64,000 bases of DNA from assembly GCF_044704955.1 (NCBI RefSeq), contig NC_091989.1:74214001-74278000 (forward strand), written 5' to 3'. The position numbers and the translations under genes are program-made. The notes under the pieces were generated by a model. The model had not been told where the DNA came from. It worked only from the letters and a program-made list of their open reading frames with translations, and searched no databases. Source of the stretch: Pristiophorus japonicus (Eukaryota). This document shows positions 12,522-24,499 of the stretch, in pieces (position 1 is the stretch's first letter; each line of letters starts with the position of its first letter).

Positions 12522-12603
12522 GGACTGGACAGTCACCTGAGAACTCACTTTTAGAGTGGAAGCAAGTCTCCTCGATTTCGAGGGACTGCCAATGATGATG
12601 ATG
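12522..12603 (+). mobile_element. RTE 3' end; continuation of fragment 10630-10698
   Basis: ggactg(t/g)aca is duplicated on both sides of the minus-strand RTE; (ATG)n tail. Confidence 0.7.
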
Positions 12604-12659
12604 GGTTGCAGTCAAAGCCACTCGGAGGTGAACTTTCTGCCCTCCTTGAGCATTTCTCA

Positions 12660-12903
12660 TTATAACTGCTCAACCATCAGTGGCCGTGCCTTCAACTGCT
12701 TGGGGTCCCAATCTCTGGAACTCCCTGCCTAAACCTCTCCGCTTCTCTACCTCCTTTAAGACGCTCCTTAAAAGTTACCTCTTTGACCAAGCTTTTGGTC
12801 ATCATCTTATGTGGCTCGGTGTCACATTTATCTGTTTTGTCTCATAATACTGCTGTGAAGCGCCTTGGGACATTTAACTACGTTATATAAATAAAAGTTG
12901 TTG
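12660..12903 (+). mobile_element. L2-type 3' tail fragment
   Basis: ctctggaactccctgcctaaacctctccg...gaccaagcttttggtca...ataaataaaagttgttg. Confidence 0.65.
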
Positions 12904-13047
12904 ATGGGCACCGATAATTTGCCAACCTGTTGAGATGGGGATCCGACTGTGAACTCACTCAGTCTAGTTCTCCAACAGACCTAAGCAAAACTTTTCCCAT
13001 CTAAATACGTTTGAACTTGGGCATACAACAGTAGAAGGCTAGGTGTA

Positions 13048-13473
13048 GAGTCTCGTGTCTGGCATGTGAACTATGTGGCCTGTCCAACAAATCTGATCAA
13101 GTGTGGTCAGTGCTTCGATGCTGGTACTCTGAACTCCTTCACGGCAAACAAGCCAAAGGTGGGCAGTGGAAATGTTACAAGGACACCCTCAAAGCCTCCC
13201 TGATAAAGTGCAACATCCCCACTGACCCTTGCCAAAGACCGGGAGGGCGCTGAGCACCTCGAGTCTCATCGCCGAGAGCATGCAGAAATCAAGCGCAGGC
13301 AGCGGAAGGAACACGCGGCAAACCTGTCCCACTCACCCCTTCCCTCAATGACTGTGTCCCACCTGTGACAGGGACTGTGGTTCTTGTATTGGACTGTACA
13401 GCCACCTAAGAACTCATGTTAAGAGTGGAAGCAAGTCTTCTTTGATTCCGAGGGACTGTCTATGATGATGATG
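13048..13473 (+). mobile_element. RTE 3' fragment with 5' inversion
   Basis: 13048-13123 is antisense RTE, 13124-13473 is sense RTE with (ATG)n tail; TSD AGGTGTAGAGT. Confidence 0.85.
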
Positions 13474-14074
13474 AGGTGTAGAGTGAGCAGGACCGCTGTT
13501 CCAAAGTGAAACCTTTGTGATTTAAGTTTAGAGGATCAATCATTAAGTTGTTCAAAACACTTTTTTTAAGCTGACTGTGTGACACCATTTGTTTTTTACT
13601 CACTGGGCTACAAACGTCTTGCCACCAATGCAGCCATTTAGCTGTCCATTGGAGGCTCAATGCAGTGGTATGGTAATGTGGCTTTTCTGAGTTGTCTCCC
13701 AATATCTCCCTCTGTTGGACACCTTTTAGTGGCAGTGTGGTGGACTCAGAAATCAGTGGAGTGGTGCAGGAATTTAAGATCCTCCATTCGGTTGTTGAGT
13801 ATTTGTTCTGTGCACAATTTCAGTAAAGTTAAATTAAGAATTAGGAGCAGGAGTAGGCCAGGTGGCCCCTCGAGCCTACTCCGCCATTTGATAAGATCCT
13901 GGCTGATCTTCGACCTCAACTCCGCTTTCCCCTCCCGCCGATCCCGAGTGTTGCTGATCATTTTGAAGAAATTTCAAATTTTAAATCAGCATATTTTGTA
14001 ATTAGTTTTGAGTTTGGTGGATTACAATTTTAAGTTGCTCCCTAGTTGTACTTTTCAATGACCGTTCCATCAGA

Positions 14075-16590
14075 TAAGAACATAACCTAATAAGAGCAGG
14101 AGTAGGTCATTTGGCTCTTCGAGACTGCTCTGCCATTCAACAAGATCACATGGCGGATCATCTACCTCAATTCCACTGTCCTGCACTATCCCCATCCCCA
14201 TATCCCTTAATTCCCTTAGTTCCCAAAAATTTATCGACCTCTGTCTTGAACATAATCAATGACTGAGCATCCACAGCTCTCTAGGATAGACAAATTCCAA
14301 AGATTCACAACACTTTGGGCCCAAGTTTCCATATGATTTGCGCCTGATTTTTAGGAGCAACTGGTGGAGAACGGACTATCTTAGAAATCGCAATTCTCCA
14401 CATTTTTTTTTCTGCAGTTCTAGTGAGGTAGAACAGTTCTACTTTGGAACAGAATTTTTTCTTCAAAAGGGGGCGTGTCCGGCCACTGACGCCTGATTTC
14501 AAAGTTTCCACAGTGAAAACGTACTTCAAACTAAAGTAGAATGGAGCAAGTGAAGATTTTTGTAGAACTGAAAAAACCTGTTCTACACATTAAAAAAATC
14601 AGGCGCAGGTTACAAATTAGGCGTCCAGAACGAGGTGGGGGGAAGGGAAGTCATTAAATTCTACAATCAATCCTTATTTATACTTCTACAAATATTATAC
14701 AAATAAATCCAACCTGAATAAACATTTATAAGCAAAGAAAAGATTAAATAAACCATCTTCCTACCTGTGTGAAAGTGCTTCAGCCATCGTTTGTTCCCGC
14801 GGGGGGTGGGGAAGGAAACCGCCGTTTGTTGCCGCGGAGGGGAGGGAGGGGAAGGAGACAGCGGTTTATTGCCGCCGTGGAGGGAAGGGAGGGGGAGGAA
14901 ACTGCTGTTTGTTGCCGTGGAGGGGAGGGAGGGGGAGGAAACCACCGTTTGTTGCCGTGGAGGGGAGGGAGGGGGAGGAAACCGCCGTTTATTGCCGTGG
15001 AGGATGGGGAGGGGAAGGAGACAGTGAGAAGGGTAGCCTCCGTGCTGATGTGCTGATGGCAATATGCTTTTATTAAAAAATGTTCAAAAATTAAACAGCT
15101 ACAAAGAACTACAAAAATGGCCGAGTGCCAATGTTTCCTTCACACTGCGCGTGCGCGAACGCTTCAACGCGCATGCGCAGCGTTGCCGGCAGGAAAAAAA
15201 CTAATTTGAATAGTACCCGCCCCCTCCCACTTACAAAATCGGCGCGAGTGTAGGCTCCGCCCCCCTGGGCGCCGCGCCAAACCGACCAGGAGCTGCAAAG
15301 CACTCGAGAATAGCGTGGTTTTTTTCTGGCGCCGTTCTAGGCGCGAAAAATGGGCGCCCAGCTCGGAGGGGCGCCCGTTTTTTATCCTGTGGAAACTTGG
15401 CCCCTTTGAGTGAAGAAATTCCCCCTCATCTCAGTCCTTATACCCCTTATTCTGAGACTGTGACCCCGTGTTCTAGATTCCCCAGCCAGGGGAAACCTTT
15501 TCTCAGCATTAACCCTGTCAAGCCCCTTAAGAATTTTATATGTTTCAATTCGATCACCTCTCATTCTTCTAAACTCTAGGGAATATAGGCCTAGTCTACT
15601 CAATGTCTCCTCATAAAGCAATCCCCTCATCCCAAGACCCAGCCTAATGAACCTTCGCTGCACTCCCTCCAAGGCAAGTATGTCTTTCCTTAGGTAGGGA
15701 GACCAGAACTGTACACAGTACTCCAGGTGTGGCCTCACCAACGCCCTGTATAATTGTAGTAAGACTTCTTTATTCTTAAACTCTAATCTCTTTGTAACAA
15801 AAGCTAACATACCATTTGCTTTCCTAATTGCTTGCTGTACCTGCATGTTAACTTTCTGTGATTCATGTACAAGGACACCCAGGTCCCTCTGAATGCAAAT
15901 ATTTCCCAGTCTCTCACCATTCAAACAATATTCTGCTTTTTTGTTATTTCTACCAAAGTGGATAACTTCACCCTTCCTACATTGTATTCCATTTGCCATG
16001 TTCTTGCCCACTCAGTCAACCTGTCTATATCTCTCTGCAGCCTCTTTGTGACCTCCTCACAGCTTACTTTCGCACCTAACTTTGTATCATCAACAAACTT
16101 GGATACGGTACACTCGGTCCCTTCATCTAAGTCATTAATATAGATTGTGAATAGCTGAGACCAAAGTACTGATCCTTGCAGTACCCTGCTAGTTACAGCC
16201 TGCCAACCTGAAAAAGTCCAGTTTATTCCTACTCTGTTTTCTGTCCATAAACCAATCCTCAATCCTGCTCATTTATTATCCCCAATCACATGAGTCCTAA
16301 TTTTGTGTATTAACCTCTTGTGTGGCACCTTATCAAATGCTTTTTGAAAATCCAATACACTGCATCCAACTGGTTCCCTCTTATCTATCCTACTTGTTAC
16401 ATCTTCAAAAAACTCAAAAGATTTGTCAAAAGCACAATCTCCCTTTCATAAAACCATGTTGACTCTGCCGAATCATATTACGATTTTCTAAGTGCCCAAA
16501 TATAGATTCTAGCATTTTGCCGACTACTGATGTCTGGCCAGTTGACCTATAGTTCCCCCTTTTTTCTATTCCTCCTTTCTTAAATAGCAG
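14075..16590 (-). mobile_element. CR1 LINE, 5'-truncated, split by a MITE at 14317-15404
   Basis: QHGFMKG, QGSVL, FVDDTKLG, VRPHLEYCVQFW motifs; the 3' UTR rejoins across the MITE. Confidence 0.9.
14317..15404. mobile_element. Harbinger-type MITE family A with TTT TSD
   Basis: ttt|GGGCCCAAGTTTCC ... GGAAACTTGGCCCC|ttt; core is about five copies of a ~40-bp G-rich unit. Confidence 0.92.
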
Positions 16591-16724
16591 GGTTATGTTT
16601 GCTGCTATGATTGTGTTATTGCTTGATTGTACCTTTTCCGTAATGGCACGCAATTTTGAACACATTAAAGTATGAAATCCAGTTGAAATGCAATCATCTG
16701 CACTTGCATTGAAATCTCACCATT

Positions 16725-16968
16725 CAGTGGCAGCACTCTCATCTGAGTCAGGCGGTTATTGGATCGTGCTGCATTGTCAGAGTTGCTGCCTTTCAGATCA
16801 GATGTTAAAACTAAGGCCCTATCTGCCTGTTCAAATGAATGCAAAAGATCCCATGGCTGGTATGAAGAAGAGTAAGGGAGTTCTCCCATAGGCCAATAGT
16901 TATCCCTCAATCAGCACTACCAAAACCAGTCGCATGGTCATTTATCTCATTGCTCTTTGTGGGACCTT
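16725..16968 (+). mobile_element. DeuSINE (SacSINE1-like), degraded
   Basis: gcactctcatctgagtcag head; aaagatcccatggc...ttatccctcaa. Confidence 0.65.
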
Positions 16969-17744
16969 TCCTTCCTCCCTCCTTCCCTTCGGCTGTGGTA
17001 AATACGAAGTTAATGACTAATCGCAGTAGCAAGGTGGTTTCCACTGTGACACAGAATCACATTTTATCCATTTTGAGAAAGATAACTGGGGCTGAAATTT
17101 AATATTGAATATATTTAAGTGCACTCGTATATTTAAATTTTAAGAATCTGTTGAACAGAAGCCTCAAGTGATGCAGGAATGTTAACATATTGTACAAAGC
17201 TCATGTTATTTCAAGCATTTGTCGCCATGGTTCTAATAATACACAAACACGTGATTCAGACATGCCGAAATCCTCCATAACTTGCCACCTACATTACAGA
17301 AAATGGCTCCATCATTCCCAGTTAGTATGTAAATATTCTGATCACATTTGTAAGTTGAATTTGGATTTCCAATGCCTGCACTGAAACTGTTGCAGCATAC
17401 TAGATTGATTGCTTGAATTCCTCTTCCTAGTAGAAGAAAATTTTAATATCGCTTCTTCTAACATTTGTAGGTGACCACTTCAAAGGAAAGAAAGGTAACT
17501 GGTAGTGTAACTTAGTGTTTCATTTAACAGGTTTAGAATTTCTTCCAAAATGATTGCTGGAGGGTATTGAATGGTATGGCTCAAGTTTAATACTGACGAG
17601 GAGTGCCCCTGAAAGTTATTTATCCTGTGAGTCAATGATGTATATATCAAAATGTTGGTTAAAATTTCTGTTGCAGCTGTGTGCAGTACAGTACATGAAT
17701 CAATATAAATATATATATAAATCAACCTTGAACAATCTATTTAA

Positions 17745-18245
17745 TTAATTTTGACCATTTGGGTACCTTACTTCACAACAGATGTCTAGGCCATGGAGAG
17801 GGTGCAGCAGAGTTTCATGGAGATGATACCAGAGATGAACTCCTTTCATTATGAGGAGAGACTAAAGAAAATGGGGCTCTTTTCATTAGAACAGAGAAGG
17901 TTGAGAGAAGTGTTCCAAACTATCAGCTATCTTAATAATAAACAAAATCAGGAGAAAACCTCTTTCCTCTGGTGGCGTGCCAGTAATTAGAAGGCATAAA
18001 ATGAAGGGCATCATCAGAAGAACAAAGGGAGAGGCTAGGAGATAGTTATTTACACAGCGGGTCGTGTTAGGACATTGGAAACCAAATTCATCATCACTTT
18101 TAAAATGGAAATGGATAAGTATTTGAAAAATAAAAACTTAAAGTACGGGGAAAGGGCAGGGGAATTGGTTTAAATTAAATCTTTCCGCGAACCGGCACAG
18201 GCACGATGGGTCGATTTGCCTCTTTCTGTGCTCTTACATTCTGTG
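17745..18245 (+). mobile_element. Old CR1 3' fragment
   Basis: MERVQQSFMEMIPEM..YEERLKKMGLFSLEQRRLR. Confidence 0.8.
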
Positions 18246-18838
18246 ACTTAATGTAACCACCATCACCAGAATGCCATCGATTTTAAAGTACGGTATTTTA
18301 TGTTCTTGCGAGGATTTTATTTGGAAGTTGCAGGTTAAGATTGATGATGAATTGTGTCAGAAATGCAAAACTCCTCGTAGAAAGGAATGGTTGGTACTCC
18401 TACTCACTCCCAATGACTTGGCTGAGTTTCATCAGCTCTCACCTCGTTCACTAGATGGAGTGCCATGTGTCAGCAGAAGGGCAAAACCTGGTTATGTTCA
18501 CTAATCACAGAGCAGTGTTGATGGGAGCCATAGAGAAAGCTGTGGAACACATGCACTGTTCTCCTGGCTGAAGTTGTGACTATTATGTGCCAAAACACTT
18601 AATTTAAACTATGTCTGAAATTGGGTCTGTCTGATAATTATGTGGTTAAATTATCCAAGTCACTTTGGATTGAACTTGAATTCCAATGAAAATGCTCTTT
18701 GAAAGAGTTGAACTATATATTTTTTTGATACCTCGTCTCTTCTAGAACACTGAGATTGAATTTAAGTTTGCTTTAAATGTTTTGAATTTTCCTTGTTCAA
18801 CCAAAATTCTATCTTCTGTTTTTGGTTTTATCTTGCAG

Positions 18839-18928
18839 TTGATCCACATCTATGCAGTAGCAATAGAGAGAGTGCTGCCAAAGAGACTGTGACATTAAAG
18901 TGGTGTACCCCACGAACCAATAATGTTG
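18839..18928 (+). CDS. INTS13: INTS13 coding exon (window exon 3, phase 1-1)
   Basis: tcttgcag|TTGAT...AATGTTG|gtaagt; encodes (V)DPHLCSSNRESAAKETVTLKWCTPRTNNV. Confidence 0.95.
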
Positions 18929-19172
18929 GTAAGTATGAAGTAAGATTAAACTCGCTGGTGCAATTGATGCTGCTATGCCTTTCATCCAGTGAATTATTAA
19001 CAAATGAACTCTCAGCTGTTGCCACTTAAATCCAGTTCTTTAGTCCCCTAAATCACAGGTTTCATTTTGGAATATTTTGGTCAATTTAACAAATTAGCAT
19101 AAACCTGTTCCCTAAGTTGTATAATTATTGCAAAACAAAGTGCAATCTTGTCTGAATCTTCAAGACATTTAT

Positions 19173-22100
19173 GGGTGGATATTATGGGGGATCTGAGTTG
19201 GGGGGAGTGGGGGAGGGGGCGATTTCAATAGGGATGCCTCTTCATCATTTTACTTCTGTGTTTCGCATCTCCAATACATCTCGGCGAGCGTGATGCGTTC
19301 TTGCCAGATGCGATTTCACCATGACTCTTTGAAAGGCCAATGCAAACATGGAGTTGGGAACATTCATCACCAAGCAATTGCAAATATGAGTTGGCACGTG
19401 CAAGGCAAGAATGATGAGCACAGGAAATAATGATGTAATATTGATGTGCTGCTGACTTAGGCGAGGGATAATGATGAAAGAGGATATGGAAATGGGAACT
19501 CCAGCCAAAGTGTTTCCATGTCTTACCAGTTGCCACCCGCCCCACCCCCCGCACCCCCCAAGTCAGCCTCCTCTTCTGATAGCCAAGTCTGTTCCTCCAC
19601 AGGTGGAGGTGGAGCAGTCTTTGGCGGGGCCCTCGGGGGCTCCAACACCCAGAGAGTGTCGACCACGAGCATCTCCGAAGTCAGCAGGGATCAGAGCAGC
19701 CTGTCTCTGCCTCTGCTGAAGCCACAGGGGTTGCACCATCTATGAGCGGTAGGGAAAGAAATGGAATAGCTTTGTATTTCACCGAGGGTGTGCACATGGT
19801 TGTTTGTGAAAATGCTGTGTTCGTCAGTGTCATTCGTTATTTACATAAAATGTATTAATTTGTACCACTTTCCAGTGTTCACCATTCTTGCCTGGCGAGT
19901 GCCAACTTGGTTTTTTAATTGCTTGTTGATGAATGTAAAGGCATGAAATGACAGGACCAATTGGTGCACGTGCATTGGTTGGGTGGTTGTTTTCAGGACT
20001 GCTTTGTGTCAGCAGGGTTGGGGGGCAGGGAGTGTGATTATTGCTTTGGTCCAGTGTGAGTGAGTAGCTAAACCTTCGAGCTATTAGGGCATCGTTGGGG
20101 TCCCAAACGCCAATGTGGTCGGCTGGTCTGGCGTTGGGGGCCCCATCTTCACCTTCCTGCTCCTCTCCATTTAGAATAGTCATCAGATGAAGAGTGCTGA
20201 GTGGCTTGTTCCTCTTGCAACTCTCGTCCTCGCTGCCGCGCTATGTTGTGCAGAATGCAACACACCGCGATTGTCTCAACAAATATTTTGTATCAGTCTT
20301 TACGGTAGAGGACACTAATAATATTCCAACAGTGGATAGTCAAGGGGCTATGGAGGGGGAGGAACTTAACACAATCAAAATCACTGAGGAGATGGTACTC
20401 AGTAAGATAATGGGACTAAAGGCGGATAAATCCCTTGGACCTGATGGCTTGCATCCTAGGGTCTTAAGAGAAGTAACGGCAGGGATAGTGGATGCATTGG
20501 TTGTAATTTACCAAAATTCCCTGGATTCTGGGGAGGTCCCAGCAGATTGGAAAACTGCAAATGTAATGCCCCTATTTAAGAAAGGAGGGAGGCAGAAAGC
20601 AGGAAACTAGACCAGTTAGCCTAACATCTGTGGTTGGGAAAATGTTGGAAGTCCATTATTAAAGAAGCAGTAGCAGGACATTTGGAAAAGCAAAATTCGG
20701 TCAGTCAGAGTCAGCATGGATTTATGAAGCGGAAGTCATGTTTGACAAATTTGCTAGAATTCTTTGAAGATGTAACGAACAGGGTGGATAAAGGGGAACC
20801 AATGGATGTGATGTATTTGGACTTCCAGAAGGTGCCACATAAAAGGTTACTGGGTTGGGGGTAATATATTCGTATGGATAGAGGATTGGCTAACGAACAG
20901 AAAACAGAGTCGGGATAAATGATTCATTCTTGGGTTGGCAATCAGTAACCGGTGGAGTGCCGCAGGGATCAGTGCTGGGACCCCAACTATTTACAATCTA
21001 TATTAACGACTTGGAGGAAGGGACCGAGTGTAACATAGCCAAGTTTGCCGACGATACAAAAATGGGAGGAAAAGCAATGTCTGAGGAGAACACACAAAAT
21101 CTGCAAAAGGACATAGACAGGCTAAGTAAGTGGGCAAAAATTTGGCAGATGGAGTATAATGTTGGAAAGTGTGAGGTCATGCACATTGGCAGAAAAAAAA
21201 TCAAAGAGCAAGTTATTATTTAAATGGAGAAAGATTGCACAGTGCTGCAGTACAGCAGGACCTGGAGGTACTTGTGCATGAAACACAAAAGGTTAGTATG
21301 CAGGTACAGCAAGTGATCGGGAAGGCCAATGGAATCTTGGCCTTTGTTGCAAAGGGGATGGAGTATAAAAGCAGGGAAGTCTTGCTACAGTTGTACAGGA
21401 TATTGGTGAGGCCACACCTGGAATACTGTGTGCAGTTTTGGTTTCCATATTTATGAAAGGATATACTTGCTTTGGAGGCAGTTAACAAGGTTGATTCCAG
21501 AGATGAGGGGTTAACTTATGAGGAAAGATTGAGTAGGTTGGGCCTCTACTCATTGGAATTCAGAAGAATAAGTGGTGATCTTATCAAAACGTATAAGATT
21601 ATGAGGGGGCTTGACAAGGTGGATGCAGAGAGGATGTTTCCACTGATGGGGGAGACTCGAACTAGAGGGCATAATCTTAGAATAAGGGGCCGCCCATTTA
21701 AAACTGAGATGAGGAGAAATTTCTTCTCAGGGTTGTGGATCTATGGAATTCGCTACCTCAGAGAGCTGTGGAAGCTGGGACATTGAATAAATTTAAGACA
21801 GAAATAGACAGTTTCTTAAACGATAAGGGAATAAGGGGTTATGGAGAGCGGGCAGGGAAGTGGAGCTGAGTCCATGATCAGATCAGCCATGATCGTATTA
21901 AATGGTGGAGCAAGCTCGAGGGGCCGTATGGCCTATTTCTTATGTTCTTATGTTGTTCTTATGACCCTCGCTGGTGAGTACTGAAGAACACCTTCAGACC
22001 TGTCCAGGCACCTGAAGCACATCTTGAGCATGCTGACGGCTTGCTCGATGGTGCATCCGGTTGTCATTTGGCTCAGGTTGTAGCACTCTTGGAGTTCACT

Positions 22101-22830
22101 GGTGAGGTTTCTCAGAGGTGTCATCAGCCGGGTTTGAAGGAGGTATCCTTTGTCGTCTGGCAGCCACCCACCCCTTAAGGGTACTTCCAGGTACGAACAG
22201 GTCGGGGATGTTGGACTGCGGCAGTATGAAAGCATCGTGGCAGCTCCCAGGGAATCTGGCGTGCATGAACCTTTTCTTGTGGTTGCATCCAACTGAACAT
22301 GGATGGAATGATTTGCCTTGCGGTTGATGAATGCACTTTGGTTGATCTGGTGGTGCCCGGGTTGCCACGTGTGTGCAATCGATGGCACCTGTGGGAAGCC
22401 AGCCAGAGAAACAGATCCGAGTGCTTGCACATTCTGGCTATTGTCATCACACGGAATTTACATAATTGCCAGCCCTGGCAAACAATCTGTCTTGTGCATT
22501 TATGTGCAGCTGACTGTGGGACCCCATATAAATCCATCTGGTAGAGTGCCCTGGAAGGAACCCGAGGCGAAGAAATTGAGGGCAATGTTGACTTTTACAG
22601 CGACTGGTAATGCGTGGCCACCAGGACCAGCAGGGAGCAGATGCTCTACCAGGAGACTGTAGATGTCTGCCACCACCTGATGTGACGATCTCAGCCTTCA
22701 GAAGCACAGGTCTTCCGAGAGGGCAAAGAAGCTGAGCCTCTGTAGACCCTGTCAGTTAGATATTGCCTCCTGCGACCTCGGCCCCTCTGTTGCTCCCCTT
22801 TCTGTTGTCCCCCTGCAGCTCCCTCCACAT
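19173..22830 (-). mobile_element. Decayed Harbinger transposon; transposase pseudogene split by a CR1
   Basis: Minus-strand HARBI1-like motifs (GFPQV, FINRK..HSIHVQL, DKGYLLQT.LMTPLRN, CFRCLDRS..VLQYSPARV) at 21963-22760 continue as IAVCCILHN...ALIARRF at about 20070-20275. Ends approximate. Confidence 0.8.
20277..21963 (+). mobile_element. CR1 LINE, 5'-truncated, with frameshifts
   Basis: GPDGLHPRVL, QHGFMK, GVPQGSVLGP, FADDTK, VRPHLEYCVQFW; (TTCTTATG)n tail. Confidence 0.93.
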
Positions 22831-23199
22831 CACACCCAAATTTTTAAATTTTCCATAGTCCCATGTTAAGGAACTGGAAACTACTGTGGCTCATTTGGGT
22901 GCATGTCCCTGAACCTAAACACGTTCAGGTGCTTGTTGTGACCAGTTCTTGTGGTATTGTACCACTTTGCCGTGGAACTGCAATTATAATTTCTCTTGTG
23001 CTTGGCAGCGCCAAGCATGTTTTCCCAGGTGGAGGTGGACTGCTTTGCCTCAGTGAGAGAGTGCATCATGTTACTTCTGGACGCAGTTTAGAATGATTAC
23101 ATTCATTTATGTAGAAGAATATAGATTTCTCTTATCCTTTTTTATATGATATGATAACACTACTGTATTAAAATGTGTAATATAAAGTATTTCTTTCAG

Positions 23200-23289
23200 A
23201 GTTGCACTATTGCACAGGAGCTTACAGAATATCACCCGTAGATGTAAACAGCCGACCCTCCTCCTGCCTAACCAACTTTTTACTAAATG
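23200..23289 (+). CDS. INTS13: INTS13 coding exon (window exon 4, phase 1-1)
   Basis: ttctttcag|AGTTG...CTAAATG|gtgggt; encodes (E)[29 protein letters not shown]. Not in the ORF track; read manually. Confidence 0.96.
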
Positions 23290-23508
23290 GTGGGTAATTT
23301 TGTCATATTTGATTGCTGTTATACTTCCACAAAGACACTTCAGCTGAGTACATTGAGCTATGTATTAAATTGCGTGCTAAATAGAATGACACACTGCATT
23401 GCATTAAAAGCTCCTTTCACCCTCAGCACTACCTTATGCCAAATATCAGGGTGATACTGTGTTTTGCTAATTGTAATTTTAATATTTCTGTGTAAACCGC
23501 TTTTGCAG

Positions 23509-23547
23509 CAAGACCCGAATTGGCTAGAGTTGATACTTGTGACAACA
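23509..23547 (+). CDS. Candidate 39-nt alternative exon of INTS13
   Basis: ctaat branch motif, cttttgcag acceptor and gtaaga donor. Frame-preserving, no stop in the phase-1 intron; adds (A)RPELARVDTCDN(S). Confidence 0.45.
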
Positions 23548-23581
23548 GTAAGACTTAATGGCCAATTAGGTGAGGAGTTTG

Positions 23582-23622
<41 letters not shown>
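23582..23622. repeat. (TA)n(TG)n compound microsatellite
   Basis: Directly visible. Confidence 0.95.
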
Positions 23623-24239
23623 AGGTGTAGTTAGCTTACTGCAGCCATTGTTCCCATAGCTGCTCCCTGCAATTTATTGCTAGTATTTATGTACTAATTA
23701 TTTAGTTTTGTTCATGAATTCTACATAAAGGCCCAGATTGTCCAACTCAAACATAATGTAACCCATTTAAAATAAATGAGTTACCATTACAATCGGAAAA
23801 CATAGTGTTTAAGTTGTAAATGTACCAGTGATGAGATGAGGTCATGCCCTATTGTAGACCTGCCTCCTGAAGGTTGGTTAAATAAACCTTGGCTGCTTTA
23901 ACCTTGTCTCATTAAACAGTAATGAATGGGACTGTATCACAGCGTTACTGCATATCTTTTGGACAGGGGCCAAGCTACGTGTCCAGATTAAAAGCCGCAC
24001 CACTTTCATTTCTACTTACTTTACCTTGCTGTTTCTTCTGGTACAAGTGACCAAACATGATTAGTATTAAAGTGCACGCTACTGTTGTGTGTTCAACAAT
24101 GAAGCAGGCATCAGGTTATGTAGATGTCAGAGTTCCTGCCTGTCCCACTGAGTTGGGAAATTGCACAAGGAACTTAAAAAGGAGAAAGGCAAGTATTCAA
24201 CAGGGACCTTGAATTATTTTTTTTTAAAACTTCAAATCC

Positions 24240-24321
24240 CGGAAATCCGCACAAAGTCCGTCAGCACCTGAAAAGAGAAAAAGCAGGTTAATATTTCAGA
24301 CGTAGTTCCTTCGTTAGAACC
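24240..24321 (-). mobile_element. Penelope-like pLTR remnant with degenerate hammerhead core
   Basis: Minus strand GGTT-CTAACGA-aggaactacgtct-GAAA-TATT-AACC; resembles 58428-58505. Confidence 0.5.
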
Positions 24322-24499
24322 TGTATCATGTTTCCCTTTGGTCTTTTCACCAATGAAAATTAGTTTACTTTGTAAATTAGTTCCTTAAGGCTTGGAATCA
24401 TTCTGCTTACCTGCTCTGAACCAAGTTCCAGCCCAAATGTCTTTCCCCTCCATCCCTAGTCTTTCTGGTAGGATTTAGTTGTTTGCATGTGCAGGTAGG

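Noticed and set aside
14790-15020. Regularly spaced repeats superficially like a CRISPR array
   Set aside because: Tandem minisatellite without unique spacers, no cas genes, and a eukaryotic intron context.
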